A stretch of DNA of 63,297 nucleotides, filler included, from Chiloscyllium plagiosum (lineage: Eukaryota): the NCBI RefSeq assembly GCF_004010195.1. It is 4 parts of one record of this genome, joined end to end, with 100 filler letters (N's around TTAATTAATTAA, not from the genome) between each part and the next. Parts side by side here need not be neighbours in the genome. Positions count along the whole stretch, not along the records: positions 26,285 to 37,085 come from NC_057715.1; positions 37,186 to 59,393 come from NC_057715.1; 2 more parts are not named here. One strand, written 5' to 3'. Of this stretch, positions 34,749 to 47,975 are shown one piece after another (the stretch's first letter is position 1; every line of letters begins with the position of its first letter). The notes under the pieces are model-generated. The model saw only the letters and a program-made list of their open reading frames with translations, made no database searches and had not been told where the DNA came from. The position numbers were made by a program, and so were the translations under genes.

Positions 34749-34987
34749 TTGATGAGTTTTGATGCTGTGGCTGGGATTGGCTCACTGTTCACACGGTTTC
34801 CATTACATTTCATCAGGCCCTGCCCTAATCACAAACTGACCACTTCACCTCGAGCTAACCTTTCACCTTCATCCTTACCCCAAACACAAATCTCTCCCTA
34901 AACCGAACCCTGAACCAACCTCTAAACCAAAACTCTAATCTAATCTTTTCTTTTTGGTAGTCACTTCGGGAGTTAAAGTACTGGGAA

Positions 34988-35800
34988 TGGCGGTGAGGGC
35001 AGTTGAATGTTCCTCCTGCAGAATGTGGGAAGTAAGGGTCACCACTAGTGTCCCTGCTGACTACATCTGTGGGAAGTGCACCCAACTCCAGCTCCTCGAA
35101 AACCGCGTTGGGGAACTGGAGCTGGAGCTGGATGAACTTCGGATCATTCGGGAGGCGGAGGGGGTTATTGAGAGGAGTTACAGGGAGGTAGTCACTCCTA
35201 AGGTACAAGAAAAAGGCAGATGGGTTACAGTCAGGGGACGGAAAGGGAACCGGCAGGCAGTGCAGGGATCCCCTATGACCATTCCCCTCAACAATAAATA
35301 TACCGTTTTGGATACTGTTGGGGGGGATAACTTACTATGGGAAAGCAGTGGGGCACAGGGCTCTGGCACAGAGCCTTTCCCTGCTGCCCAGAAGGGAAGG
35401 GGGAAGAGGAGCAGAGTAGTAGTCATTGAGGACTCCATAGTTAGGGGGACAGATAGGAGGTTCTGTGAGGACGAGAGAGACTCTCGGTTGGTGTGTTGCC
35501 TCCCGGGTGCCAGGGTCCGTGATGTCTCTAATCGTGTTTTTGGGATCCTTCGGGGGGAGGGAGAGCAGCCCCAAGTTGTGGTCAACATTGGCACCAATGA
35601 CATAGGTCGGAGGAGAGATGGGGACTTGAGGCAGAAATTCAGGGAGCTAGGATGGAGGCTTAGAGCTAGGACAAACAGAGAAAGGAGTTGAACACGTGGC
35701 TACAGGGATGGTGCAGAAGGGAGGGTTTCTGGTTTTTGGATAATTGGAGCTCTTTCTGAGGTAGGTGGGACCTCAACAAGCAGGATGGTCTTCATCTAAA
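34988..35800 (+). mobile_element. CR1 LINE ORF1 (N-terminal zinc finger, coiled coil, SGNH esterase), 3' truncated
   Basis: CSSC...CGKC, a leucine heptad segment, VIEDSIVR, CLPGARV, GTND, and a frameshifted DGLHL end. Confidence 0.92.
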
Positions 35801-37085
35801 CCACTCTTCCTCTCTTGCTCTCTCGCGCCCTCTCTCACTCTCTCGCCTACTCTCCCTCTCTCGCTCTCTCCCTCTCTCGCCCACTCATCCTCTCTCTCCC
35901 TCTCGCCCTCCCGCCCCCTCTCGCCCTGTCTCACACGGTCTGCCTCTTTCACCCTCTTTCCCACTTTTGCCATCTCTCCCTCTCTCACCCTCTCTCGCCC
36001 TCTCTATCTCTCTTCCTATCTTGCCCTCTTTCCGTTTCTCTTTCGCCCTCTCTCCCTCTCTTGTCCTCTCTCCTCCCTCGCCCTCTTTCCATCTCGCTCT
36101 CTCTCCCTCTCTCGCCCGCTCTCCCTATGTCACTTTCTCTGCCTCTCCCAACCTCTCCATCTCACCCTCTCTTCCTCTCTCGCCATCCCTCCCACTTTTG
36201 CCCTCTCATCGTCTCTCTCCGTTACTCGCCCTCTCTCTCCCTCTCTCCGTTTCTCGACCTCTCTTCCTCTCTCGTCCTCTCTCACAACTCGCCTTCTCTC
36301 ACCCTCTCTCCCTCGTTCGCCCTATCTCCTACTTTCGCCCTCTCTCCCTCTCTCACCCTGTCTCCCTCTCTCGCCCTCTTTTCCGCTCTCGCCCTCTCTC
36401 CCTCTCTCGCCCTCTTTCCCTCTCTCCCACTCTTCCTCTCTTGCTCTCTCGCGCCCTCTCTCACTCTCTCGCCCACTCTCCCTCTCTCGCTCTCTCCCTC
36501 GCTCGCTCTCTCTCGCCCTCTCTCCCTCTCTCGCCCACTCATCCTCTCTCGCCCTTTCTCGCTCTCGTCCCCTCTCGCCCTGTCTCACACTGTCTGCCTC
36601 TTTCACCCTCTTTCCCACTTTCGCCATCTCTCCCTCTCTCACCCTCTTTCGCCCTCTCTCTCTCTCTCTTCCTATCTCGCCTTCTTTCCGTCTCTCTTTC
36701 ATCCTCTCTCCCTCTCTTGTCCTCTCTCCCCCCTCGTCCTCTCTCCATCTCGCTCTCTCTCCCTGTCTCGCCCACTCTCCTTCTCTCGCCCTCTCTCCCT
36801 CTCGCGCCCTCTCACCCGCTCTCACACTCTCTGCCTCATCACCCTCTCTCCCACTTTCACCCCCTCTCCCTCTCTCTCCCTCTCTCTCCCTCTCTCGCTC
36901 TCTCCTTGTCTCGCTCTCTCTCACCCTCGCTCCCTCGCTCCCTCTCTCTCCCTCTCTCGCCTTCTCTCCTTCTCTCGACCCCGCTCGCTCTCTCGCTCTC
37001 TCTCCCTCTCTATCCGCCTCTCTCCCTCTCACTCCCTCTCTCGCCCTCTTTCCCACTCTCGCCCTCTCTCCCTCTGTCCTTCTCA
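35801..37085. repeat. Pyrimidine-rich low-complexity array (about 18-bp ctctctcgccctctctcc-like unit) with an internal long duplication
   Basis: Nearly pure C/T on the plus strand; 35801-36110 is re-used at about 36429-36770. Confidence 0.95.
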
Positions 37086-37185
37086 NNNNNNNNNNNNNNN
37101 NNNNNNNNNNNNNNNNNNNNNNNNNNNNNTTAATTAATTAANNNNNNNNNNNNNNNNNNNNNNNNNNNNNNNNNNNNNNNNNNNN
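37086..37185. other. Artificial assembly linker (44 N + TTAATTAATTAA + 44 N)
   Basis: Same construct as 26185-26284. Confidence 0.95.
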
Positions 37186-37420
37186 TCACGCTCCCCTCGA
37201 CCTCTTTCCATCTATCGCATTTCCGACGCCCCTCCCCCAAGTCCCTCCTCCCTACCTTTTATCTTAGCCTGCTGGACACACTTTCCTCATTCCTGAAGAA
37301 GTGCGTATGCCCGAAACGTCGATTCTCCTGTTCCGTGGACGCTGCCTGACCTGCTGCGCTTTTCCAGCAACACATTTTCTGATATCCAGCACCAACAGAC
37401 CTCACTTTCTCTTCGACTGC
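37186..37420 (+). mobile_element. PLE 3' terminus with hammerhead motif (37293-37320)
   Basis: Reverse complement of 22456-22620; reads CTGAAGAA-GTGCGTATGCCC-GAAACGTC. Confidence 0.85.
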
Positions 37421-40400
37421 AGACACAGCCATATGTGTACAGGGAGTACAGTAATGGGAGCAGAGTATACAGCCGTGTGTGTACAGGGAGTACAGTATGG
37501 GGCTGAGGACACAGTCGTGTGTGTATAGTGAGTACACTAGGAGGCTGAGGACACAGCCTTTGGTATACAGGGCGTACAGTAGGGGACTGAGGCCACAGCC
37601 GTGTGTGTACAGGGAGTACAGAAGTGGGCTGAGAACACATCCATATCTGTACAGGGAGTACAGTAATGGGCTGAGGACACAGCCGTGTGTGTACAGGGGG
37701 TGCAGTGGGGAGCTGAGGGCACATTGCTTGGTATAACGGGAGTACAGTTGGGGGTGAGGATACAGCCATGTGTGAACACGGAATACAGAGGGAGTACAGT
37801 AATGGGCTGAGGACACAGCCGTGTGTGTACAGGGGTACAGTTGGGGGCTGAGAGCACATCTCTTGGAATACAGGGAGTAGAGTCGGGGGTGAGGATACAG
37901 CCATGGGTGAACACGGAATACAAGAAGGGGATAAGGGCACAGCCATCGGTGCACAGGGATTACAGCAGGGGGGCTGAGGGCATAGCTGTGTGTGTACAGG
38001 TAATACAGTAGGGGTCTGAGGACACAGCTATGTGTGTACAGAGAGTAGTGTAGGAAGCTGAGGGACACAGCCGTGTGTGTACAGGGAGTAGAGCTGGGGG
38101 CTGAGGGCAATCTCTTGGTATACAGGGAGTACAGTCGGGTGTGAGGATACAGCCATGAGTGACCAGGGAAAACAGTAGGTAGATGACGCACAGCCATGGT
38201 GTAGAGGGAGTACAGTAGCGGGCATTGGACACAGCCGTGGATGTACAGGGAGTACAGTAGGGAGCTGAGGACAAAGACATGCATGTACAGGGGGTACAGT
38301 TGGGGGCTGAGGACGCAGCCTTTGGTATACAGGGAGTACAGTAGGGAGCTGAACACACAGCCATGGTGTAGAGGGAGTACAGTAGCGGGCATTGTGCACA
38401 GTCCTGTGTGTACAGGGCATACAGTAGGGGGCTGAGGACACAGCCATTGGTATACAGGGAGTACAATCGGGGGCTGAGTACACAGCCTTTTGTATACAGG
38501 GTGTACAGTAGGGGGATGAGGACACGGCTGTGGATGTACAGGGAGTATAATAGGGAGCTGAGGGACAGAGCTGTGTGTGCCCAGGGAGTACAGTAGGTGC
38601 TGAGGGCAAAGCCATATGTGTACAGGGAGTACAGTTGCGGGTTAAGGACGCAGCCTTTGGTATGCAGGGAGTACAGTAGGGAGCTGAAGACACAGCCATG
38701 GTGTAGAGGGAGTACAGTAGCGGGCATTGGACACAGTCGTGTGTGTACAGGGAATACAGAAGGGGGCTGAGGACACAGCCGTTGGTATACAGGGAGTACA
38801 GTAGGGGTCTGAGTACACAGCCTTTTGTATACTGGGAGTACAGTAGGGGGATGAGGACACGGCTGTGGTGCAGACGGAATACAGTAGCGGGCATTGGACA
38901 CAGCCGTGGATGTGCAGGGAGTACAGTAGGGGGCTGAGGACACATCTCTTGGTATACAGGGAGTACAGTCGGGGGTGAGGATACAGCCATAGGTGAACAC
39001 GGAATACAGTAGGGGAATGAGGGCACAGCAATTGGTGTACAGGGATTACAGTAGGGGGGTGAGGACACAGCCGTATGTGCACAAGGAGTGCAGTAGGGGA
39101 CTGCAGCCACAGCCATATGTGTACAGAGAGTACAGAATAGAACAGAGGTCACAGCCATGTGTGTACAGGAAGTACAGTGTGAGACTGAGTACACAGCCTT
39201 TGGTATGCAGGGAGTACAGTATGGGACTGAGGACACAGTCGTGGTGTAGAGGGAGTACAGTTAGGGGGCTTTGGACACAGCCGTGGATGTACAGGGAGTA
39301 TAATAGGTAGCTGAGGGACAGAGCCGTGTGTGCCCAGGGAGTACAGTTGGGGGCTGAGGAAACAGCCATTTGTGTACAGGGAGTACAGTAGGGGACTGCG
39401 GACACAGCTATATGTGTACAGGGAGTACAGTATGGGGCTAAGGACACAGTCATGTGTGTACAGCGAGTACACTAGGAGGCTGAGGAAACAGCCTTTGGAA
39501 CACAGGGAGTACATTAGGGTACTGAGGACACAGCCGTGGTGTAGAGGGAGTACAGTAGCGGGCATTGGACAGAGCCGTGTGTGTCCAGGGAGTACAGTTG
39601 GGGGCTGAGGAAACAGCCATTTGTGTACAGGGAGTACAGTCGGGGACTGAAGACAAAGCCATATGTGTACAGAGAGTACAGTAAGGGGCTGAGGACAACG
39701 TCGTGTGTGTACAGCGAGTGCAGTAGGAAGCTGAGGACACAGCTTTGGAGTAGAGGGAGTACAGTAGCGGGCTGAGGACACAGTCGTGGATATACAGGGA
39801 GTACAGTAGTGGGCTGAGGACACAGCCATGTGTGTACAGTGAGTAGAGTAGGAAGCTGAGGGACACAGCTGTCTGTGTACCGGGAGTACAGTTGCGAGCT
39901 GAGGGCACATCTCTTGGAAAACAGGGTGCACAGTTAGGTGTGAGGATACAGCCATGGGTGAACAGGGTATACAGTAGGGAGCTGAGGACACAGCCATGGT
40001 ATAGAGGGAGTATCGTAGGGGCTGAGGGCACAGTCGTATGTGTACAGGGAGTACAGTAGGGGGCTGAGGACACAGCCTTTGGTATACAGGGAGTACAGTA
40101 CGGAGTTGAGGACGAAGCCATCGTGTCGAGGGAGGACAGTAGCGGGCATTGGACACAGCCGTGGATGTACAGGATGCACAGTAGGGAGCTGAGGACACAG
40201 CCATGTGTGTATAGGGGGTACTGTTATGGGTTGATGGCACATCTCTTGGTATACAGGGAGTACATTCGAGGGTGAGGACAAAGCCATGTGGGAACACGGA
40301 ATACAGTAGGGGGATGAGGGCACAGCCATCTGTACAGGGATTACAGTAGGGGGCTGAGGGCACAGCCGTATGTGTACAGGAGTACAGTAGGGGGCTGAGG

Positions 40401-43400
40401 ACACACACATGTGTGTACAGGGTGTAAAGAAGGGGGATGAGGACTCAGCCGTGTGTGTACAGGGAGTACATTAGGGGACTGCAGACACAGCCGTTGATGC
40501 ACAGGGTGTACAGTATGGGGCTGAGGACACAGTAGTGTGTGTACAGCGAGTGCAGTAGGAGTCTGAGGACACAGTCCTGTGTGTACAACGAGTGCAGTAG
40601 GAGGCTGAGGGCACAGCTTTGGTGTAAAGGGAGTACAGTAGCGGGCTGAGGACACAGCCGTGGATGTACAGGGAGTACAGTAGTGGGCTGAGGACACAGC
40701 CATGTGTGTACAGGGAGTAGAGTAGGAAACCGAGGGACACAGCTGTGTGTGTACCGGGAGTACAGTTCGGGGATGAGGGCACATCTCTTGGAAAACAGGG
40801 TGTGCAGTCGGGGGTGAGGATACAGCCATGGGTGAACAGGGCATAAGGTAGGGAGATGAGGGCACAGCCATCGGTGTACAGGGAGTACAGTAGGGAGCTG
40901 AGGACACAGCCTTTGGTATACAGGGAGTACAGTACAGAGCTGAGGACACAGCCATCGTGTAGAGGGAGTACAGTAGCGGGCATTGGACACAGCCGTGGAT
41001 GTACAGAGTGTACAGTAGGGAGCTGAGGACACAGCCTTTGGTATACAGGGAGTACAGTACGGAGCTGAGGACTTGGTATACAGGGAGTACAGTACGGAGC
41101 TGAGGACACAGCCATCGTGTAGAGGGAGTACAGTAGCGGGCATTGGACACAGCCGTGGATGTTCAGGGTGTACAGTAGGGGGCTGAGGACACAGCCATGT
41201 GTGTACATGGGGTACAGTTATGGGCCGAGGGTAGATGTCTTGGTATACGGGGAGTATAGTTGGGGGTGAGGGCACAGCCGTATGTATACAGGGAGTACAG
41301 TAGGGGGCTGAGGAAACAGCCTTTTGTATACAGGGAGTACAGTAGGGGGATGGGGAAACAGCCATAGGTGAACACGGAATATAGTAGGGAGATGAGGGCA
41401 CAGCCACCGGTGTACAGGGATTACAGTTGGGGGAAGAGGGCACAGCCATATTTGCACAGGGAGTACAATAGGGAGCTGAGGACACAGCCATGTTTGTACA
41501 GGGAGTACAGAAGAGAACAAAGGTCACAGCCGTGTGCGAACAGGGAGTACAGTAGGAGGCTGAGGACACAGCCTTTGGCATACAGGGAGTACAGAAGTGC
41601 GATGAGGACACAGCCATAGTGTAGAGGGAGTACAGTAGAGGGCATTGGACACAGCCGTGTGTGTCGAGGGAGTACAGTTGGGGGCTGAGGAAACAGCCAT
41701 TTGTGTACAGGGAGTACAGTAGGGGACTGAAGACAAAGCCATATGTGTACAGGGAGAACAGTAAGGGGCTGAGGACACAGTCGTGTGTGTATAGCGAGTG
41801 CAGTAGGAGGCTGAGGACACAGCTTTGTTGTAGAGGGAGTCCAGTAGCGGGCTGAGGACACAGCAATTTGTGTACAGGGAGTAGAGTAGGAAGATGAGGG
41901 TCACAGCTGTGTGTACCGGGAGTACAGTTGGGCAGTGGTGGGCACATCTCTTGGAAAACAGGGTGTACAGTCGGAGTTGACGATACAGCCATGGGTGAAC
42001 AGAGTATACAGTAGGGAGATGAGGACACAGCCATAGGTGTACAGGGAGTACAGTAGGGAGCTGAGGACACAGCCATGGTATAGAGGGAGTATAGTAGGTG
42101 CTGAGGGCACAGTCGTATGTGTACAGGGAGTACAGTAGGGGACAGAGGACACAGCCTTTGGTATACAGGGAGTACAGTACGGAGCTGAAGACACAGCCAT
42201 CGTGTAGAGGGAGTACAGTAGCGGGCATTGGACACAGCCGTGGATGTACAGAGTGTACAGTAGGGAGCTGAGGACACAGCCTTTGGTATACAGGGAGTAC
42301 AGTACGGAGCTGAAGACACAGCCATCGTGTAGAGGGAGTACAGTAGCGGGCATTGGACACAGCCGTGGATGTTACAGTAGGAGGCGGAGGACACAGCCTT
42401 TGGTATACATGGAGTACAGAAGTGCGATGAGGACACAGCCATGGCGTAGAGGGAGTACAGTAGTTGGCATTGGACACAGCCGTGTATGGACAGGGAGAAC
42501 AGTAGGGAGCTGAGGGACGCAGTTGTGTGTGTACATGGAGTCCAATTGGGGGCTGAGGGCACATCTCTTGATATACAGGGAATACAGTCGGGAGTGAGGA
42601 TGCAGCCATGGGTGAACATGGAATACAGTAGGGGGATCAGGGCACATCCATCGTGTACAGGGATTACAGTAGGGGGCTGAAGGCACAGCCATATGTATAC
42701 AGGGAGTACAGTAGGGGGCTGAGGACACAGGCATGTGTGTACAGGGTGTACAGAAGGGGGCTGAGGACTCAGCCGTGTGTGTGCAGGGAGTACATTAGGG
42801 GACTGTAGGCAGCCATATGTGCACAGGGAGTACAGTATGGGGCTGAGGACACAGTCACGTCTGTACAGCGAGTACAGTAGGAGGGTGAGGACACAGCCTT
42901 TAGTATACAGGGAGTACAAAAGTGCGCTGAGGACACAGCCGTGGTGTAGAGGGAGTACAGTAGTTGGCATTGGACATAGCCGTGTATGTACAGGGAGTAC
43001 GGTAGGGAGCTGAGGGACGCAGTTGTGTGTGTACATGGAGTCCAATTGGGGGCTGAGGGCACATCTCTTGGTATACAGGGAGTACAGTCGGGAGTGAGGA
43101 TACAGCCTTGGGTGAACATGGAATACAGTAGGGGGATCAGGGCACAGCCATGTGTACAGGGATTACAGTAGGACGCTGAAGGCACAGCCGTATGTGTACA
43201 GGGTGTACAGTATGGGGCTGAGGACACAGACGTGGATGTGCAGCGAGGACAGTAGAAAGCTGAGGACACAGCCTTTGGTATACAGGGAGCACAGTCGAGT
43301 ATTGAGGACACAGCCGTGGTGTAGCGGGAGTACAGTAGCTGGCTGAGGACACAGCCGTGTGTGCATAGGGAGTACAGTCGGGGGGTGAGGACACAGCCGT

Positions 43401-43870
43401 GAATGTACAGGGAGTACAGTAGCGGGCTGAGGACAGCCGTGTGTGTACAGGTAGGACAGTAGCGGGCTGAGGACACAGCCGTGGATGTACAGCGAGTACA
43501 GTAGGAGGCTGAGGACACAGCCTTTGGTATACAGGAGTACAGTAGGGGGCTGAGGACACATCCTCCAGGAGCTCCAGTGTTGAGTGTTATTGTGGCGGAG
43601 GTGCAGATACCTCGACACAGCCTTTGGTATACAGGAGTGCAGTAGGGGAGTGAGGACACAGCCGTTGTGTAGAGGGAGTACTGTAGTGGGCTGAGGACAC
43701 GGTCGTGTGTGTACAGGGAGTACAGTTGGGGATTGAGGACACAGCCATATGTGTACAGATTGTATAGTAGGGGGCAGAGGACACAGCCATGTGTGTACAC
43801 GGAGTACAGTAGCGTGCTGAGGACACAGCCGTGTGTGTGCAGGAAGTACAGTAGGGGGCTGAGGACACAT
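37421..43870 (-). repeat. About 6.4-kb satellite with a 42-bp consensus unit derived from a LINE RT motif (HGCVLSPLLYSLYT)
   Basis: Plus-strand unit gtacagggagtacagtagggggctgaggacacagccgtgtgt; runs directly into a Rex1/Babar RT fragment at 43860. Confidence 0.95.
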
Positions 43871-44236
43871 CATCCAGGAGCTCCAGTGTTGAGTGTTATT
43901 GTGGCGGAGGTGCAGATACCTCCCTTCACTAATTCTGGTCTGTTGGTCAGCAACCGGGAGACCAAGTTGCAGAGGGTGGAGCCACAACTAAGGTCACGGA
44001 ATTTTGATATCAGGCTGGAGGGGATAATGATGTTTAAGGTGGAGCTGTCGTCAATGAGCAGGAGTCTGGTGTTGGTGTCTTTGTTGTCTGGATGTCCTCG
44101 GGATGAGTGCAAGACTCGGGATACGGCATCTGTTGTGGGCCCGTTACATCACTCGGCATATTGTAGAGGATCAAGTCAGGCTGGGCCATTGGAGGTGATG
44201 TGGGCCATAACCAGCCTTTCAAATCACTCCATGTTT
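43860..44236 (-). mobile_element. Rex1/Babar-type LINE RT fragment (downstream part)
   Basis: FERLVMAHI...TRLLLIDDSSTLNIIIPSSLISKFRDL...LTNRP...TITLNTGAPG.CVLSPLLY. Confidence 0.85.
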
Positions 44237-47200
44237 AGACAATAGACAATAGACAATAGGTGCAGGAGTAGGCCATTCAGCCCTTCAATATAATCATGGA
44301 TGATCATTCCTAATCAGTATCCTGTTCCTGCCTTATCTCCATAACCCTTGATTCCACTATCTTTGAGAGCTCTATCCAACTCCTTCTTAAATGAATCCAG
44401 AGAGTGGGCCTCCCCTGCCCCCTGTGGCAGAGCATTGCACACAGCCACCACTCTCTGGGTGAAGACGTTTCTCCTGAGCTCTGTCCTAAATGGTCTACCC
44501 CGTATTTTTAAGCCGTATCCTCTAGTTCGGCACTCACCCATCAGTGGAAATATGTTTCCTACTGCCAGAGTGTCCAATCCTTTCATAATCTTATACGTCT
44601 CAATCAGATCCCCTCTCAATCTTCGAAAGTCAAGGGTATACAAGCCCAGTCGCTTCAGTCTTTCAGTGTAAGGTAATCCTGCCATTCCAGGAATTGACCT
44701 CGTGAACCTACGCTGCTCTTCCTCAATAGCCAGAATGTCTTTTCTCAAATTTGGAGACCAGAACTGCACACAGTACTCCAGGTGTGGTCTCACCAGGGCC
44801 CTGTACAGCTGCAGAAGCACCTCTTTGCTTCTATACTCAATTCCTCTTGTTATGAAGGCCAGCATGCTATTAGCCTTCTTCACTACCTGCTGTACCTGCA
44901 TGGTTGCCTTCATTGACTGGTGTACAAGAACACCCAGATCTCTGTACTGGCCCTTTACATAAATTGATTCCATTGAGGTAGTAGTCTGCCTTCCTGTTCT
45001 TGCTACCAAAGTGGAAAACCATACATTTATCCACATTAAACTGCACCTGCCATGCATCTGACCACTCACCTAACTTGTCCAGGTCACCCTGTAATCTCTT
45101 AACATCCTCATCACATTTCACCCTGCCACCCAGCTTTGTATCATCAGCAAATGTTCTAATGTTATTGCTAATACCATCTTCTATATCATTAACATATATT
45201 GTAAAAAGCAGCGGTCCCAGCACGGATCCCTGCGGTACCCCACTGGTCACTGCCTGCCATTCCGAAATGGAGCCGTTTATCACTACCCTTTGTTTCCTAT
45301 TAGCAAACCAATTTTCAATCCAATCTAGTACTTTTCCCCCAATACCATGTACCCGAATTTTACTCACTAACCTCCTGTGTGGGACTTTATCAAAAGCTTT
45401 CTGAAAGTCCAGGTACACTACATCTACTGGATTTCCCTCGTCCAACTTCATAGTTACATCCTCAAAAAATTCAAGAAGATTAGTCAAGTATGCTTTCCCC
45501 TTCATAAATCCATGCTGACTCTGTCCTATATCGTTACTACTATCCAGATGTGCAGTAATTTCATCCTTTATAATAGACTCCAGCATCTTTCCCACCACTG
45601 AGGTCAGACTAACTGGTCTATAATTACCTGCTTTCTCTCTCCCACCTTTCTTAAAAAGTGGTCTAACATTTGCCACCCTCCAATCCTCAGAAACCGACCC
45701 CGAATCTATTGAACTCTGGAAAATAATCACCAACGCATCCACGATTTCCCGAGCCACCTACTTAAGTACCCTGGGATGCAGACCATCAGGCCCCGGAGAC
45801 TTATCAACCTTCAGACCTAACAGCTTCTCCAACACCAAATCTTGGCAAATATAAATTCCCTTAAGTTCAGGCCCTTCAGCCACTGTTACCAGAAATATCT
45901 GCCATTGTCCCTCCACGGGTCATCCCTGCTAAGGTATTGCACCATTGATCTTTGGCCAGCTCCTCCCTCATAGCTCCATAGTTCCCTTTATTCAACAGAA
46001 GTACTGTCACTTCCGACTGTACCCTCTCCCTCTCAAATTGCAGATTGAAGCTTATTGTATTATGGTCACTACTTCCCAATGGCTCATTTACTTCAAGGTC
46101 TCTGACCAATTCTGGTTCGTTACACAACAGATCCAGAATTGCCTTCTCCCTGGAAGGCTCCAGCACCAGCTGCTCTAAGAATCCATCTGAGGCACTCCAC
46201 AAAGTCTCTTTCTTGTGGCCCAATACCATCCTGATTCTCCCAGTCTACCTGCATGTTAAAATCCCCCATAACAACTGTAGTGACATCTTTGTGGCAGGCC
46301 AATTTCAGCTCCTGATTTAACTTACATCCGACATCCAGACGACTGTTTGGGGGCCTGTAGATGACTCCCAAGAGGGTCTTTTTACCCTTGGTATTTCTAA
46401 GCTCTATCCACACTGACTCTAGGTCCCCCCGCGCAAGGGACTGAATATCATCCCTTACTAACAAGGCCACCCCACCCCCTCTGCCCGTCAGTCTGTCCTT
46501 ACCATAACACGTATATCCTTGAATATTCATTTCCCAGGCCCTGTCCACCTGAAGCCACGTCTCAGTCATCCTCACAATATCGTATCTGCCAATTTCCAAA
46601 AGAGCCTCAAGCTCATCCATCTTTTATCTCATGCTTCGTGCATTCATGTATAGTATTTTTAATTTGTTACTACTCTCACCCTTCCCATCAACCCTTATTT
46701 CACTCAGCCTTACAGCATGATGCCTTTCTGAGTTTTCTGCTTCATTAATACAGTTGTCTTTCTTGACTTCTCTTGTTCTAACTTTCCCTTAAATTTCCTT
46801 TTCAAACATACAGCTTGTCCCCTCCCCCCCGCTACTTAGTTTAAATCTAGCGGTGTTGCAGTAGAAAACCTGCCTGCCAGAATACTGGTCCCTAACCTAT
46901 TTAGGTGCAAGCCGTCTCTCTTGTAGAATTTATGTTTACCACAAAATATACCCCANNNNNNNNNNNNNNNNNNNNNNNNNNNNNNNNNNNNNNNNNNNNN
47001 NNNNNNNNNNNNNNNNNNNNNNNNNNNNNNNNNNNNNNNNNNNNNNNNNNNNNNNNNNNNNNNNNNNNNNNNNNNNCCTTAAATCCCATCTGTTGCCACA
47101 AAAACCCCGGTCAGTTCCTCTCACGATGGAGTCCCCTATAACCACGGCTCTGTGCGATGTCCGACTCTTCCGCTCTGCCTCTGCGGCAACTTTTGATTGA

Positions 47201-47975
47201 CAAACTTGGCCGCCTTGGGAATTGGCAGTGTATCAGTCTCTGCTTCCAAAAGCTTCAACTTGTTCCTGACAGGTACTTCTCCCGGGGTCTCTTGCACCTG
47301 TCTCGTCTCTGCCTTCCTCATCATTTGCTCTCTTCTGCTCTCTTCTGGCATGATTGATGTAATAACATCGCTGAAGGTCTTGTCTCGAAAGATCGCGTTC
47401 TCTCGGATGACCCTAAGGTCTTCGATTTCTTTCGTCAGCGCTGCAATATGCTCGGTCAATTGCTGAATGTGCACACACTTTCCACACATATACGAGCCAG
47501 ACACACCAGAGTCGTTGACCTCCCGCATCAAGCATGTAGCCCACTGAACCAGCTGGGCAGTCATGTCTTCACTCTCTTCAACTGTGGTGCAATCACTTTA
47601 CTCAACCTCCTTGTCAAAGAGTCCTGAGATGAAGCCTCACTCCTCGATCTAAACTTCCTTAGACCCTCTTTTTGTGGCACGTCTGTGGACTCTTAATTAA
47701 ATTTAGAGGAGGAGGGAAGAAGGGAGACCCTATTTTGTAGGACCTGGGGTTTAGAACACATCCACTCTTATAGTAATCACTTACCTTCCCGACCGGCTTT
47801 GCGCTCCGTCTGAACTTCCACCCAGCTCCCGCCGCTCTCTGTTGCGAAATGACCGTTGGCGTCGAGGTAAGTTCTTTATATAGTAATCACTTACCTTCCC
47901 GATCTGCTTTGCGCTCCGTCTGAACTTCCGCCCAGCTCCCGCCGCTCTCTGTTCCGCCCAGCCCCCGCCGCTCTC
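44237..47975 (-). mobile_element. Near full-length CR1 LINE (5' UTR repeats, ORF1 zinc finger/esterase, ORF2 EN + RT, (ATTGTCT)n tail); frameshifted and internally deleted
   Basis: ORFs 47136..47564 (CGKC), 46936..47145 (VIGDSIVRG), 46120..46620 (ETWL, MGDFN), 44870..45757 (QHGF, LDFQKAFDKV, FADD) and 44314..45069. Duplicated 5' UTR unit at about 47768 and 47878. Confidence 0.95.

Noticed and set aside
35765..37141. Long Ser/Leu/Pro and Arg/Glu-rich ORFs
   Set aside because: CT low-complexity sequence lacks stop codons by composition.
40445..43045. 866-aa Cys-rich ORF and the many overlapping ORFs at 37259-43987
   Set aside because: They are products of the 42-bp in-frame satellite. Overlapping frames on both strands and drift between phases argue against a real gene (keratin-associated or zinc-finger-like calls would be spurious).
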